Shown: positions 24,502-38,000 of the stretch, piece by piece
Layout of the letters: the number at the start of each line of letters is the position of its first letter
Position numbering within the stretch: the stretch's first letter is position 1
Assembly: GCF_041956535.1 (NCBI RefSeq)
Contig: NW_027192219.1
Location: forward strand, 299,866-363,865
Length of the DNA stretch: 64,000 bases
Direction: 5' to 3'
Source of the DNA: Calcarisporiella thermophila CBS 279.70
Taxonomy: Eukaryota > Fungi > Calcarisporiellomycota
Made by a program: the position numbers and the translations under genes
Notes under the pieces: generated by a model
The model's input: the letters and a program-made list of their open reading frames with translations, nothing else
Told to the model about the DNA's origin: nothing
The model's database searches: none

Positions 24502-25084
24502 GAAGAAAAAGAGTGTTTGCAAAAACTATACTTAGTCAGCACTAGTGAGTCGGGGTGTGATTATCGATTAAAACTTAGTGGAAGGATTAACAAGATTAAG
24601 GTGATAGGAAGGGGGAGATGCAATATAAGCTATGGGAGAGGTATTGAACAAAGAATGTCGATTGGAAGGAGAGACCTTTTTTGTTTTGCGACCAAGATGG
24701 AGAATTTAATTGAAACTCAGCAAGCTCATTGTTCTCTTCTTGGATCGAGTTACGTATATGAATGACGTCGAACTTTCGTGATCACTGGTGATAAAGGGGA
24801 AAATCACCGCATATGACCGGCTCATCATGCTCTCCTGATAAAGGTGATAACCACGGCTGTTTTCCCTGCTTAATTCTTTAATTTATTCCATGACATGATA
24901 AGCACATGTATTTGGTAAGAAAGTAGGGGATGTGACTAGAGTTTCGGCGTATTATCCATAAATATACATTAAAATTCTTATCCGATAACTAAAGCCAAGC
25001 AAAAAGGATGGATGCGAAGAAAAAGGTTAAAATACATATTAAACATGGTACAAATTCTCTAATAAAACCAAAGGAAAGTGCCCA

Positions 25085-25408
25085 TTAAACGCCCCTGGTG
25101 CCTGATTTGGTTTTCGGCTCGAGACGAGGAGGCGAATGCACACTTGCCACGGCATGATTGGGATGGAAGGAGCGAAACCGGCGGGTGCGGCGAATAAGAT
25201 AAGGACGAAGGCTCAGCTTTCTCTTAGGACGGAGCCTACATTTGATATCATTCAGTGTGGGCCTCCAGTGACAATCAATATCCTGGATCCTGTTCTGAGG
25301 TAACAGCTCTCCTAACACGACTTCTAGTTTGGTAAGGATATCTTCGTTCCCTTGCGCGACTCCAGCCATGCTGAGAGCCAGGAGAAGTAGGCTAAAGAGG
25401 ACTTTCAT
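25085..25408 (-). CDS. Small secreted protein (107 aa), basic C-terminus, unknown function
   Basis: Signal peptide MKVLFSLLLLALSMAGVAQG, two Cys and an Arg/Lys-rich tail. A TATA-like TATATAAATA lies ~150 nt upstream. Confidence 0.55.
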   Translation of the reverse strand: MKVLFSLLLLALSMAGVAQGNEDILTKLEVVLGELLPQNRIQDIDCHWRPTLNDIKCRLRPKRKLSLRPYLIRRTRRFRSFHPNHAVASVHSPPRLEPKTKSGTRGV

Positions 25409-26441
25409 ATTCAAAGGCAACATTGATTGATCTCAATCTCGAGCTGTTAGATAGCTGAGAAAATTGGATGAATGTATCGTAGAGAATCGAATAAATACAG
25501 ATGTTATATTTGACTAATTTTTCTCTAAGTGAGAAGACCGCCATGGAGTAGAGATATTTATATAAGAATACCCGCTTGAAAATCACATCTTCCATCATCC
25601 TTACTTCTTCTCTATTAGGCGACATGGTATATCAAAATGAGCGATGCCTGCGGCTCTTCGCGTTTTATGTACTTCATAATATTCGACTGGATCAATATCA
25701 AGATGGAGGGTCAATGGTGCGTATGGAGGATGCACTCGGATCGTGAAAAAGAGGCAGCATTTACGTCACATTGGATAGCAGCTTGCACAAAATACTATGC
25801 AACCGTTATGTTTGTCATTAAACATTCAGCACTGTGGCTTTCCCTTCATTAATTCTTTCTGAAGGAAAGATGAATTCTTGGGCGAGGCCAGTGTACTTTC
25901 CATCTCGGAAATAGCTCTAAGTAGCCAATTTCCGATCAACACTGAACTGGGGCAAATCTGCAAAGATTTTCCTCCAAAGATTTAACGTTATCTGACTCCT
26001 GTCTACACTTTGTCGATCCACAAGAAATTGAATGGATTCTTGCATGTCCGGTGTCTTTTTTCTTTCCTGCTGACTTTGTATTTTTATAGTGTGTACAGAA
26101 TGTTTGTTTGATAATTCCGCACCATGGTTGCAAATCTGTATTTGAATCATTGTAAAGCTTATATAGGTTGCACCCTAAGCAATCGATAAACAAGAGTCAT
26201 TGAGGAGATGCATTCTGCACTAAAGGTAATTTAGTATTATCTGGAAGCAACCATGGAGGATAGGCAAACAATGAATTTAGGATAGGTGGAGTATAGCAAT
26301 TGCCAGAATATTGGCTAAGCAGACAACCATCAAGGAAGGGAAGGGGAGAAAATTGGGGCAAAACGCAGCCACAAATTGCTGTCGAAGAGCCCATCGTAAT
26401 TTTCCTGCTAAATAGAGAGTTGAATTATTGTTGAGTGAATT

Positions 26442-27882
26442 ATGGGCAATCGGGAGGAAATCCAGGATCTAATCGCGAAAATCGATCCATTGCACACAGA
26501 GTTCAATGTGCTCCTACCGAAAGAGGCCGAGTATTATAATGCTAGTTGTGAATTCCGTGTTATCGAAGAGGAGCGCGCGCAGCCCCTCCGTAAGGCTGTA
26601 TCAGAGGCAGAAATGAAAACGTAAGTTTTGGGATTAGCATCGGTGCCTCATATTGTTCATCGAATTGGGCATACTGCTGCCCATGTGTTAATGCCATTCC
26701 CGTCCTCACCACTGAATTAACTTTACATTTATCAAACCAAACAATTTTAGAAAATTGTGGAAATTAAAGCAACAGGATTTGCAGCGTTGGAGTCTCGTGT
26801 GGTTTTTTGCATGGATTATGGTACGCTTCAGATTTTGGTTCATTTAATTCATTATCAACTCATCTTATACCCAGTGTGACTGGAAACGCCAATGGGAAGA
26901 ATCAGAGCGAGGATTAAAGAAAGCACAAAAGCGTGAGAATGATGAGCGGGATAATCTTGCAGCCGTGGAGGAAGTGCTCCAGGCGCGGAAAGATAAAGTG
27001 GGTCTAGTCTTTTGTGATGGCATTTTAAGAAAAAAAAATTCGATCTCTCTCATTTCATTTATCTATTGTGTTGGGTAGATGGATCAAATTTCAAATGACT
27101 TTGACCGATTAGAAAGCATCAGGAACGAGGCTCATATCAAACTCGAGCAGGTAATATTTTTTGGATCTGTCTATCCTACCATTGAGCCAGAGCTTAATTT
27201 GTGACTTTAGGTGTTTACTAAGCTCTCGTTAGAGGATGGGAAATCGTCTGCCCTGAAGGACGAGATGGATCGATTGCGAGAGCAAATCCAAGCGGTTTGT
27301 GTACTTTGTGGCCGTATTACTCGCAATGGATGCTAACTCCACACTTTTGCCTCTTAAAAGCTTACCACTGAAAATACTAAGATAGAGCGGGTGGTTGAGC
27401 TACTGACCACGGCTGACAACGCCATCTTAGAGGCCATCCTGGACCATCGCAGCAAGACTGGCGGTGGAGCTAGAGATGGAGGGATCCTATTTCCCGATGA
27501 GGCCTACTATTCCATTCTCGATGCGCGCAAGCTGTTGCCTGAGCTGCCCGCCATCCCCAAGCCGGAATATTACAAGGAGAAGCCGGATGAGACGGGGAGT
27601 AAGTACATTTGCCTCTCGATTTTATTGGAGCCGGGCCGCTGATTAGACTTCTGTGCATGTTTTTTCTTGTTCCTTTTTCAACCAGATTACTATACGGTTT
27701 TACAAAGTTATCTCTGGGATGTGCATGAAAATGGCGTGAAAATGCTCATCCGGTGGTGTCATGATGAAAAGTTGCGAAATTATCAGAGGGCTGCTAAACT
27801 CAGGATCGAGCTCGGGCGCACAATGTGCTCTTTGCTCAATACCCGCTATGAAATTTTACGGGGGCAGACAGAGGCTCATTAA
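26442..27882 (+). CDS. Seven-exon coiled-coil protein of unknown function
   Basis: Six GT-AG introns give a continuous frame from MGNREEIQDL to ...EILRGQTEAH*, with heptad-like E/K/R/L-rich segments. Confidence 0.7.
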
Positions 27883-29184
27883 TGTGCTTATTTTATTTTT
27901 TCCGTTAAGTTTTGATTTTTATTTATTTATTCTTTTTTTTTTTGCGTCTATCTAGTTTATCGCATAGCGTAACTATTTTTAATTCTGACTGATTGTATCA
28001 TAACTCAATGTTGGTGTGTGTGTTTTTTCTTTATCTAGAATGGATATTCAATGAATAATCAGGCTTGTGCCTCTAGAATTCTAATCTCGAATCAAATGAA
28101 TCCGAGAAGTTCTAGTAAAAGAAGGAAATATGCTCTATATTGCTTAGCTCGCACAATCGGCCAAGGTTTGTGTCGTTGGTTGCCCGGCCTCTGCTCTATT
28201 GCTTTTGCCCTTTGCGGGGAAGACGGGCGGACATATGGCCGAAAAAAAAAACATGTGTTGTGATACTTCTCCAGATCTTTTCCTATAACCGCAATTTCAA
28301 GCTCACAAGGAACCAAGGCGGGGCGATGGTCGCTCGAGGGGAGGCAGGGAGAAGGCTCCAGGGCAAAGCCCCGGGGCCCCTCACCCTCCCCCCCAAGAAG
28401 GCCGAAGAGGCTGGCCGAGTGGGCAACGCCTGGTTGGTCAAAGCCAAGGAGGCCAGTATCAGGGTTTGGAAACAGAGTTAATTGCGAGGAATAAGATCCA
28501 GAGAAGCAAGAAAGAAAAATAGAATTTAACAGTCGGGAGTTCCGCTTGAATTGGACTAGTCACCGTAGCGTGATTCTGGTCGTGGCATTTGCTGCACCAT
28601 CGAGGACACAATACGGGCTGAATTTACAGTCACACCAAATGGGTGCGGCGGCAGAAGAAATTCAGTGGCCAGGCCTTTATTGGGAAAAAACGATAGTCGA
28701 TGCGCAATCCCGCCTTTAGAGTCCGAAGTAGATCAGAGGAACCAAGCATTTCCTCTCGCTCTGCCACTAACCTGTATTTTTAGGTTGGGGCGGGCTATTT
28801 TTATTCTCACTAGCCCCCGGCTGGCCGCGCTCATTCGGAGGCAGCGCCTCGAAGATTTATTGTCTAACTTTTTTTCCCAAAAGTTTTCGCTGGTTATGGA
28901 ATATTGGTACTGAGCATTTTTTATTTGAGTTGTACTTTAGTCTTTGATGTGCAACCCAGCACAGCGTTCTCGTTCATCCCGAGGGGAGGCCCCCAGCCCG
29001 GAAGGGAACACACGCATGCTCGCAACCATTAGCGGGTGTTCAACTGCCCATCGCCATTGTTTAAATACCAGTGCCCCTCTGCCCTCCCCCGGCGTTTTCT
29101 CTTTAACCTTTTTCCCTCCTCTTGACTACCCACTCTTTCTTAGCATCTCTCTAATTTCCCTCACCGCTTCTCTCCTTGTCAAAA

Positions 29185-29769
29185 ATGAAATACAACAACC
29201 TCCGCTACATCCTCTTCTTCCTCGCCGTCCTCGTGGTTGCCGTTGCCGCCTCCCCCGCCATGGTTGAGGGCCAGAACGCCGTCGGCATGGTCGCCTTCGA
29301 CAAGCGTGCTCCTCAAGACAAGAAGGAGGACAAGAAGGAAGACGACAAGAAGGACGAAAAGAAGGATGACAAGAAGGACGACAAGGCCGGCAAGGACAAG
29401 CAGGCTGGCGCCTCCTCCGCCGCTGCCTCCGCTAGCGCTCCCGCCTCCGGCTCTGCCTCGGCCTCCAAGCCCGCCACCGGTGCCACCTCCCTCCCCAGCG
29501 CCTCTGGTGTCTCCTCCGTCTCTGCTCCCTCTGGCTCTGCCTCGGCCTCTGGCTCTGCTTCTGCCTCGGCATCCGCCCCTGTTTCATCCGCAGCTGCCTC
29601 CTCTGCTGCCTCCTCCAAGCCCGCCTCCTCGGCTGCTTCTGGCTCCTCTTCTGCTGCTGCCCCCGCTGCTTCTGGCAACCCCCCCAAGTCTTCCTCCGCC
29701 ATGTCCGTCAAGCCCGCCGCCGTTGGCTTCGCCGCCATCGCTGGCTTCGTTGCCATGTACCTCCTCTAA
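29185..29769 (+). CDS. Secreted, probably GPI-anchored Ser/Ala-rich cell-surface protein
   Basis: Signal peptide, KR|APQ Kex2-type site, K/D/E-rich tract, S/A-rich stalk, and a 'SSA' omega-site-like motif followed by a hydrophobic tail (AAVGFAAIAGFVAMYLL). Codon use is strongly biased (GCC/GCT, TCC/TCT, AAG). Confidence 0.85.
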   Translation: MKYNNLRYILFFLAVLVVAVAASPAMVEGQNAVGMVAFDKRAPQDKKEDKKEDDKKDEKKDDKKDDKAGKDKQAGASSAAASASAPASGSASASKPATGATSLPSASGVSSVSAPSGSASASGSASASASAPVSSAAASSAASSKPASSAASGSSSAAAPAASGNPPKSSSAMSVKPAAVGFAAIAGFVAMYLL

Positions 29770-30884
29770 AATATTTAATTTCCTATAGATAATTTTGGTC
29801 GGGTGCCTTAGTTTTTAATTACATGGAAGTGGTTAATGTTTTGTTCTAGGCGAGTAGAGTTTGTTATTATGAGTCGAGGTTCAAGTAGCTCGTAATACTT
29901 TTATTTCGTTCGTACTTTTCTCTTTTGTCCAGAGGAGGCCTGGTTCCTCCTTGATATCCTCTTTTCTTCTCCTTTGTACGTTTTCAATATTTATTAAAAC
30001 CTTTTCTATTAAGACGCTTCAAATCTCAAAGGTTTGTCTATACATTCCCTATTTTTAAGTTTTCTCTTTGCTCCGCAAGTGTATCAATTAAAGCGAGGTT
30101 GCACAAACTCTCGTCTCCCATGACTCGTCAGCGGAGCACTAATGGAAGATGCACGAATGATGGCGGCCCTAGTTTTATTGTTAAGTAACGTTTTCTTGTT
30201 GCGGAGATCTCCGCGCTTTTTCTCACCTCCATTTGTTGTGACGTTTGGTGCGGATCGATAACAGCGTTGCGAAACTACGCTGTGAATGCCTCTAAGTAGC
30301 GGTGGAGGGAAAAGGAGCTCTTCTACGTTGGAATTTGAATTCCAGCCAATTGGCCGGAATTTTTAATTTCTAATTTTTGGAAATCTCTGCTTTATTATGA
30401 CTGTTGCGAACGGTATTTATTTGTAATGGTATGCTATGGAAAGGGTAATTGCCAACCAGGTTCGGGTTGCGTCACGAATGCGCCAGAGAGGGTTTGGCCT
30501 AGAGTTCTGTGGTAATTAAAAACGGTGCATACGTAAATTCTGCGATGGCCGTATTGTCGCCAAAGTCGCGTAAATCCCATTCTGAACGGGATCGTAGCTC
30601 ACTGCAAAGAATGTTATTTCTCTACTTGAAAACGGGAGGAAAGCGCTTTTGTTTCTTTTACACTTCAATTGCTCCCTGGTGGACAGTCTCCCTCATCCTT
30701 CACACACCCCACTTCACCCCCCTTTCCTTCCCTTTGTATTATTGCACTTGGAAGGCTTTAATATCTATTCTATTCATTCATTGCCTTGTAGAAGCGCTTT
30801 GACATAGTTGCCATCCATATACTCTCGCAACATCACGTTTATTTTTACCTCTGGACATATACCATTATATACAGTAATCAGCTT

Positions 30885-31334
30885 ATGAGGAATTTTATTG
30901 TATTTGTGCTGACCGTCAGTTGTATTGCTGGCCTCACCACGGCCGCCTCGCTCCAGTACCAAACTACTGAGCCAGACTTGTTCTCATCGAAAGGGGCTGG
31001 TAAGGTGGCGAATGGTCGGCAGCAGAAGCGTGGGCTACTAGACGGCCTTTTTAACAACCAAAACTTTTTCGATCATATTGACCTATTGGGGTCAGCATTG
31101 AACTCCAATAGTGAGGTGGCGGAGAACCGCAACGCCAACACGAAGGCCACCGGTCCGGGCGACAACGCCATCTATTTGAAGGATGACGGCGAAGGTCACT
31201 ACCGGAAGGACCGTCACCGTCATCACGGACACCATCGCAACCATCGTCATCATCGCAACCGCCATCGCCATCATCATAGGCATCACCATCACCACCATCA
31301 TCCGCATCATGATACAGACTACGGGGAGTCCTAA
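30885..31334 (+). CDS. Secreted protein with His/Arg-rich C-terminus
   Basis: Signal peptide MRNFIVFVLTVSCIAGLTTA, QQKR|GLL Kex2-type site, and 21 His in 37 residues near the C-terminus. Confidence 0.75.
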   Translation: MRNFIVFVLTVSCIAGLTTAASLQYQTTEPDLFSSKGAGKVANGRQQKRGLLDGLFNNQNFFDHIDLLGSALNSNSEVAENRNANTKATGPGDNAIYLKDDGEGHYRKDRHRHHGHHRNHRHHRNRHRHHHRHHHHHHHPHHDTDYGES

Positions 31335-32037
31335 TGTGGAGAATGCTAAAGGTTCTCCATACCACTGCTTTCCCTTCTTTATCTCGTTAATATTATTAGT
31401 AGTGGATGCTTAATGTTTTATATCGCCCCTCCTAAGTTGTTTCCTCCTCCTTCTCTATTCTCTTCGTATTGCAAGTGTACCAATCTAGATGATGGGTTTA
31501 CTTTGCCAATTTCATTCTTCGTGTATGAAAATGGACTGTTATGACTTCTTTTAATAAGAAAGTGCTGTTAAGTTTCATTCCTTTAGGTTTTGGTTTTTCT
31601 ATTGTTACTATTTTCACTCTAGAGTTTATCCAACTAGCTTATGATATACCATTTCTATATAAAAGAAAATTGATACTATTATCGATTGCTTAGAAAGAAA
31701 AGTGGGAGAAACACACCCGATATTAGGTCACATTCAAGTGTTGGAGACAGAAAGTTATGAAAAGCTTTGATATTGTGCTAATCAAAGCGATATCAGATCG
31801 TAATCCTGAGAGGGGCTGGAATTTCCAGGTCTATCTTCACTAAAAATCGCATTGTTTGTGACTATTGTTGTGACTACTAAATTTCGCCGTCCCAAAGTAA
31901 ACAATTTCATTATAAGCTTTTAGAACACTACATAACCGAGTTTGAGGGATCCCATATTGAATCACTTTGTAAATTACTGTAATCCTTACCCGTTCGTTTC
32001 AAGATTATTTTTTACTCTCATTGGTAAATGATCTGAA

Positions 32038-35000
32038 ATGAGCACAGGAAAGGATCTAAATACCCGCGAGGGAAAGAACCGGTTTAAGGTAGGCGATTAT
32101 TTATTGTAGAATCGTTTTCTTCTCCCTGAAATCTCATGCCATGACTCCGTAAATTGATATAGTATCAATCCTTCAAAACTCGCGTTGAGAGCCTGAAAAT
32201 CGATGTAGTGCATCGTGTGCGAAGAAAAGATGACGATCCAGAAGTAAGTGATATTCCAAAATTGTCTAATTTGCACCGAGATATAGATTATTTGGAATAG
32301 AAGTGTTAAAGAAATGACTAATGTCAATCTCCCTCTTACTTCAGGAATTCGGCTCCTATTTCAACGAGGCACTACAAGAATGGAAGGAGCTTAATCTAAC
32401 CCAACATTTTGTTCGCTTCGTACGCGAGATCGAGAAATACTCGCAATCGCTTGCTATGATACTTTACCACAAGGAAAAGATTGTCGACGTTTTAGAACGG
32501 CATATTCAGGTACCAGATAGCTTAGCGATTGAACCATTATTAGAGTAAGTGTGCTTGCAAAGTGGTGCTGGGTTTTTGTGCGTGGATTACCTGAACACAA
32601 TCATTCTATCTTGTTAGCCTTGTGACAAAGTTAGCAAAGGATTTGGGTGAGGAATTTTTCCCATATTATGAGAGAATATTTTCTGTCATTATACCACTTG
32701 TAAAGCATCGAGATGTGAAAATTTTGGAGGTACTCTATTTTTCGCTTATGATTATAGGTAAAGATGGTTCTTACGAACTTTCATTTTCATTTTCTTTACT
32801 TTTATAGTGGACGTTCAACTGTTTTGCGTATCTGTTTAAATACCTTGCAAAACAGCTCTCGGCTGATTTACGACCCACTTACCGGTAAAATAATTCTTTG
32901 CCCCCGAGCTTTACTTAACTATTGACATCGTTCTTATCTTTTCAGTTTAATTGCTCCACTACTTGGAGAGCACCAACACAAGCCGTATATCCGACACTTT
33001 GCTGCGGAGTCGTTTGGCTACCTCTTACGGAAGCCGCGTGCCAAGGAATTAAAGGTCATCATTGCATACATCCTTGAATCCTTGCGTACAACGCCTACCG
33101 AGGATTATGTAGAAGGTTTGTCGATGCTGTTTTTCGAGAGTATTAAGGTAAGCCACATTTCGATTGCATTCATATATTTGCTACCTTTTTCTCATGGGTA
33201 TTTTTTTTATAGCAAGTGGATGGTAGACTGCATTCCCGAGGGTTGGCTTTATTGTCCGAATTGATGGAGCAACTACATCTTGAGCAAGCAACTTCTGAAG
33301 CTATTGGTAATCTCCTTTATTACAAAAGGCTATCCTATGCAAAAAGTTTAATCTCTTTTTGCAACAATGTAGAAAACAATTCAACCTATCGCGTAGTATC
33401 GAAAACATATATTCTCCTAGTGCATCATTGCAAAAAAGAGCACTTTGGTCCGATAACCGAACATCTTTTGGAAGAGGCAACCAGAGCGGCCAAGCAAATG
33501 GAGGAGGACATTAATGAAACTACTGTGATGGGAGTTGCAAAAATTGTATCCATGATTCGAATTTGCGTAGCGGTCCGAAAAGCTAGCCGTATCCAGGGTA
33601 TGTCTATAATGTTTATTTTGCCAAAAATATTCTAACCTTATTTTGTCCCTCTTCCTTATTATCCAATTATAGATCTCAAATCCGTTTTCAATGTTGTAAA
33701 AAATATTTCCCGCATGGTGTTTTCGAAAGAATTCACACCTACGGCATCGCTATCCTTCCTCATTTCACAACTTCACAGACTTACAACGCTACTTTTGACG
33801 CTGGGCAAACTAGAAGAGATTCTTGTGGGTGGAAAAGCAATTCTCAACTCCGTTTTCGAATATAATGACCCCGTTCCTGTAATGGCCTTTACGCTTAATC
33901 TCGCTACATTAAAATGGGAGCATTTCACTCAAGTGATGCTGCCATATATTTTGAAGTCAGTAACCTATTTTATTTTTGTTCGGAATGACTTATGAAAGTT
34001 AAAATTTTATTTTGATAATTTACCAACTAGCTTCATGACTGCTCACTGGAAAACCCACTCCTCGGCCCTGTGTATCTTCTTCGCTCGACTTGTGGCTTTG
34101 CGCGCCCTCACTATCAATTCAGGAATGATTTCATCTTTTGTTACTCAAGATGGACTGATCCGGTTTCCCTCACAAAAGAAGGGGGGTGCATCCCTTGTGG
34201 TTAGTGGTTTGTTGCAGATATTAAAAGAGGAGCGAGACTGGGCAGCCGAGGTTGATTCACTTAGCAAGATGGATGTAACAGAGGTTTGTTCAAATCAAGG
34301 GACACTGATGACTTGTCAATTTGTTTTATTCATAAAATGGTCTTTTAGGCTTCTGTTGAACCGCCAGCCCTCACCATCATCACCTCCGCAATCACCATCT
34401 TACCTCATATTTCTACCCCACTTGATGATACAATTCGCGCACTTAATAGCATATTTAAATCTCTTCTGCATTACCTTAATTCACATCCACCTCATCCGGC
34501 CCGGCGCGGCCAAAAGCGCCCGCTCACACAAGGCCCACCCTCGGTCCTGGCTGAGAGTTTACTCGGCAATGTGATTGAGACTATCGCCCTAATAAGCCGG
34601 CGGTCTGCGAAGAACAATGAAGAATCTCTCGAGAGCATGTGGGAGGATGTCGAAAAAGCGCTGCTGAATCACAGTTCCAATGTGGTCATGCTTCGTGGAG
34701 TGTTTGCATTCCTTGAGGCCATGAAATTAAGGTAACCAGAGTCACTAGATATACGGAGTTATGGATTCCTTTTATTAACGCCTAAAGATTGGTTCCACTT
34801 TAGGCCTGGGGGCGAATCTCGATTTACGGTCGAGCGATTGGAAACCTTTGTTTCCAAGCTCCAGGGGAATCTTGGGGATTTCCGTGGTGAACGTAGGCTT
34901 TACACGCTGAGAATCCTTGATCTCTTCCCCAAACTCCAAATGCTTCAAGCTGAAAACTCTGATTCCTCGAATGAGGAACCTGAGTTGTGCGATATCATTT

Positions 35001-38000
35001 CTCAAGCACTCGTTGTCGAAAATATTCAAACCACCGTACAAACTTATCGTGATAAGACGATGGAGATGCGCAAACTCGGCTTGCTTATTTCCACCCGTCG
35101 TGTTCCCGCACTATATCGTGAAGTTGTCCCTCGAATCTGCCTGGCTTGGCTGACCATTAACTTCAAGCCGCTCTGGTCAGAGGCGATCGATGTGCTAGAG
35201 AAAGTGTCCCAGAGTGATAGCGCGATATTTTGGCAACTAATATACCAGGAGCTCATGCGGTTCGAAGATGAGCCATCGCTTGTTGAAAATGGGCTCTCAT
35301 CCGAGGTACTCACACAATACTTTGAACAGCAAGAGGAGCCTCAGCTTCCTCCCATCAACAAGATTGGCGGGTTGCAATTCGGCTGTCCCACTCTTAACCG
35401 CTACGAGAGCAACTTTGAGCGCTCGATGGAATTTATGGAAACTGAGTTCAGCAAGAGCTGTGTAATGCAGTTTGTAGATATGTGGGGGATGAAGCAAGAG
35501 CGCATTGACTATGCCAACTATTACGGATTGCTGCTGAAGGCCCTGGTTCGTGTGCCACACGTTCCCGAGCAGCGTTCGAAACAATTGGTTCCCCTCTTTT
35601 TCAAATTCCTTGAAAACGAGTACGAGGCGGCGCTTGAGGATGGGCGTGGGGACAGCGGGGACCCAGATGAAATGGAGAACAATGCACCAAAATCCACGCA
35701 GGCTGATGACCAGATGGATGTTGACGAGGAGGATCGGGTGATAGTGCTTGAGCACTCCGCTCGTATGGCCAAAGTGAAGATGGCTCACTTCCTTGAGCTC
35801 TTTGCTAAGTTCAAGGCCATCAAATCCATTTCTCAGAGCGAACGGCTTGAAAATGTGTTCTTGAGATTGTTAACCAAAGGTGATATCAAGCTACAGCGGC
35901 AAGCCTTGGACTGTGTGCTCGCATGGCGCGCAAAATCGCCCGCAGTCACTGGGTATGCGGATCATCTACGAAACCTTGTCGACGAGGTCAAGTTTCGGGA
36001 CGAATTGTCGACCTTCTCCTTTGACCAGGACGAGAGCCCCATCGAGATGGGCCACCGTGCTGAGCTGATGCCCATTGTGATTCGGATTATTTTTGGTCGG
36101 ATGATGGCTCGAAAGGGGAAAGCCTCTGCTACTGCGGGAATGGGCGCGAGGCGCACAGCTTCTCTTGCAGCACTGGCTGGTTGTTCCGAGGCGGAAATCG
36201 GCTACTTCATCGAGCTTATGTTGGAGCCTTTCAGCCACCTGAGGAGTCTGCACGACATGAATGATGGATCCTTTGTAGTAAAGGACGACATCGAGATAGG
36301 GGTAGTGATACGTAAACAAGCCGGTTTCCTACACGTCCTTGGGGATGTAATAAAGCAGCTGGGAGCGTATGTTTTGCCATTCGTTCCAGACCTCATCAAG
36401 ATTGTGATCTATCTCACAGCTTGTGCTCAGAAGAAGCTGGAGAACGAGGCCTCTGGCCAATCTAAGCAGCGGGATGAGGACATGCAGGTTGATGAGCAAG
36501 CCGAAGTGGACGAGGAGGACGAAGATGAAGAAGCAATACTAATCGACAAGGCGTATTTTTCCCGCCTCCGCGAAGTTCGACAGCTAGGCATCCGTCGTAT
36601 TGTCGAGTTTTTCAAACTGCGAACCGCGTATGATTACACCGCTTACCTTCCCGCCATGTTCAATACGTTCATCACCCCTCGTATCCCTCTATTCCATATC
36701 GAAAACACTCAAGCGCCTTCAGTGTTGCTCGAGCTTTTTCTGGCGTGGTCCATGCGGCGCGAATACGTTGGATTCCTGGCTGCCTACAACGACGAAGTGC
36801 TCAGGAAGGTGTATGCTTGTCTCTCTGCGAAGAAAGTGCGGGATACAGTAGTGTCGATGGTGTTGCAGATTGCAGAAAATATACTGCGGTTATGTTCGGA
36901 GGAGGCCGACGAGCTCTCTGCAGCGCATGAGGAGCTACACACTGGCGACATCACTTCCAAGGTCCTGTTGCCTTACGTCCCCTGCCTTCTTAACAACTTG
37001 GAACATCTTCTTTTGAGATCGAGTGAGCAGGCTTCGTTCGGACGCTCCGAGTTCTCTTCCCGCCAAATAGCCATACTCTCTCAGATATCCGAACATGTCA
37101 CCAATGGTGAGCAGGCGTCCCAGATAGTTACGCTGCTTTTGCCGTGTCTGAAGAAGTCTCCGCGCGCTGTTCCCGAACGCACCAAAGCAAATATCCTCAT
37201 TATTATTGGGAAATTCCTCCATATCCTCCCCGGCATGACAGATGGATCGCCCCTCTTCAGTAAACTCTTCACTTCCCTTATGCCACTCTTCGGGACGCTC
37301 GCGACTCGCGAATGTCGGTTACAGATGATACCAGTGCTCCGGGAATTCGCGAAAATCGACTCCACTTTGGAGGTGATCGTCACGGTGGTTGATGACCTTA
37401 ATGCCTACTCGCTGAAACGTCTTGACGAACCCGACTTTGACCGCCGCTTGAACGCCTTCAACAAGGTCAATCTTGAATTGTGTAATGCGTTAAGTGAGTT
37501 GCAATGGATCCCCGTTCTGCACAATTTCCTCTTTTTCATGGGCGACATGGAGGAGCTGTCAGTTCGTACGAGCGCTAGTCATGGTGTTACGCTCTTTATT
37601 GACCGGTGCGCAGATGCAGAATTGGATGAGCAAATACGGCTAGCCTTCCAAGGCCTCTTAACTCACGTTGTCTATCCGGCGATAAAGAGGGGGGTGCGTT
37701 CCAACCACGAACAGGTACGCTCGGAATTCGTGGGTGTGCTGGGCCACGCCGTGAAGAAATGCAGTTTCCTCCCCGCCTTTGCGGATCTGGTCCCACTCCT
37801 TGCCCAAGACGAGGAGTCCAATTTCTTCAACAATCTTTATCATATGCAAATGCATCGTCGAATGCGTGCCATTCGACGCTTGGCCACCGAATGCCAATCT
37901 GGTGTTATTCGCTCGGGAACGCTCTTCAATCTTATGGCCCCACTTGTGATGCATTTCATCTTCGAAGCCGACCGTATTGCAGATCACAATCTCATTCAAG

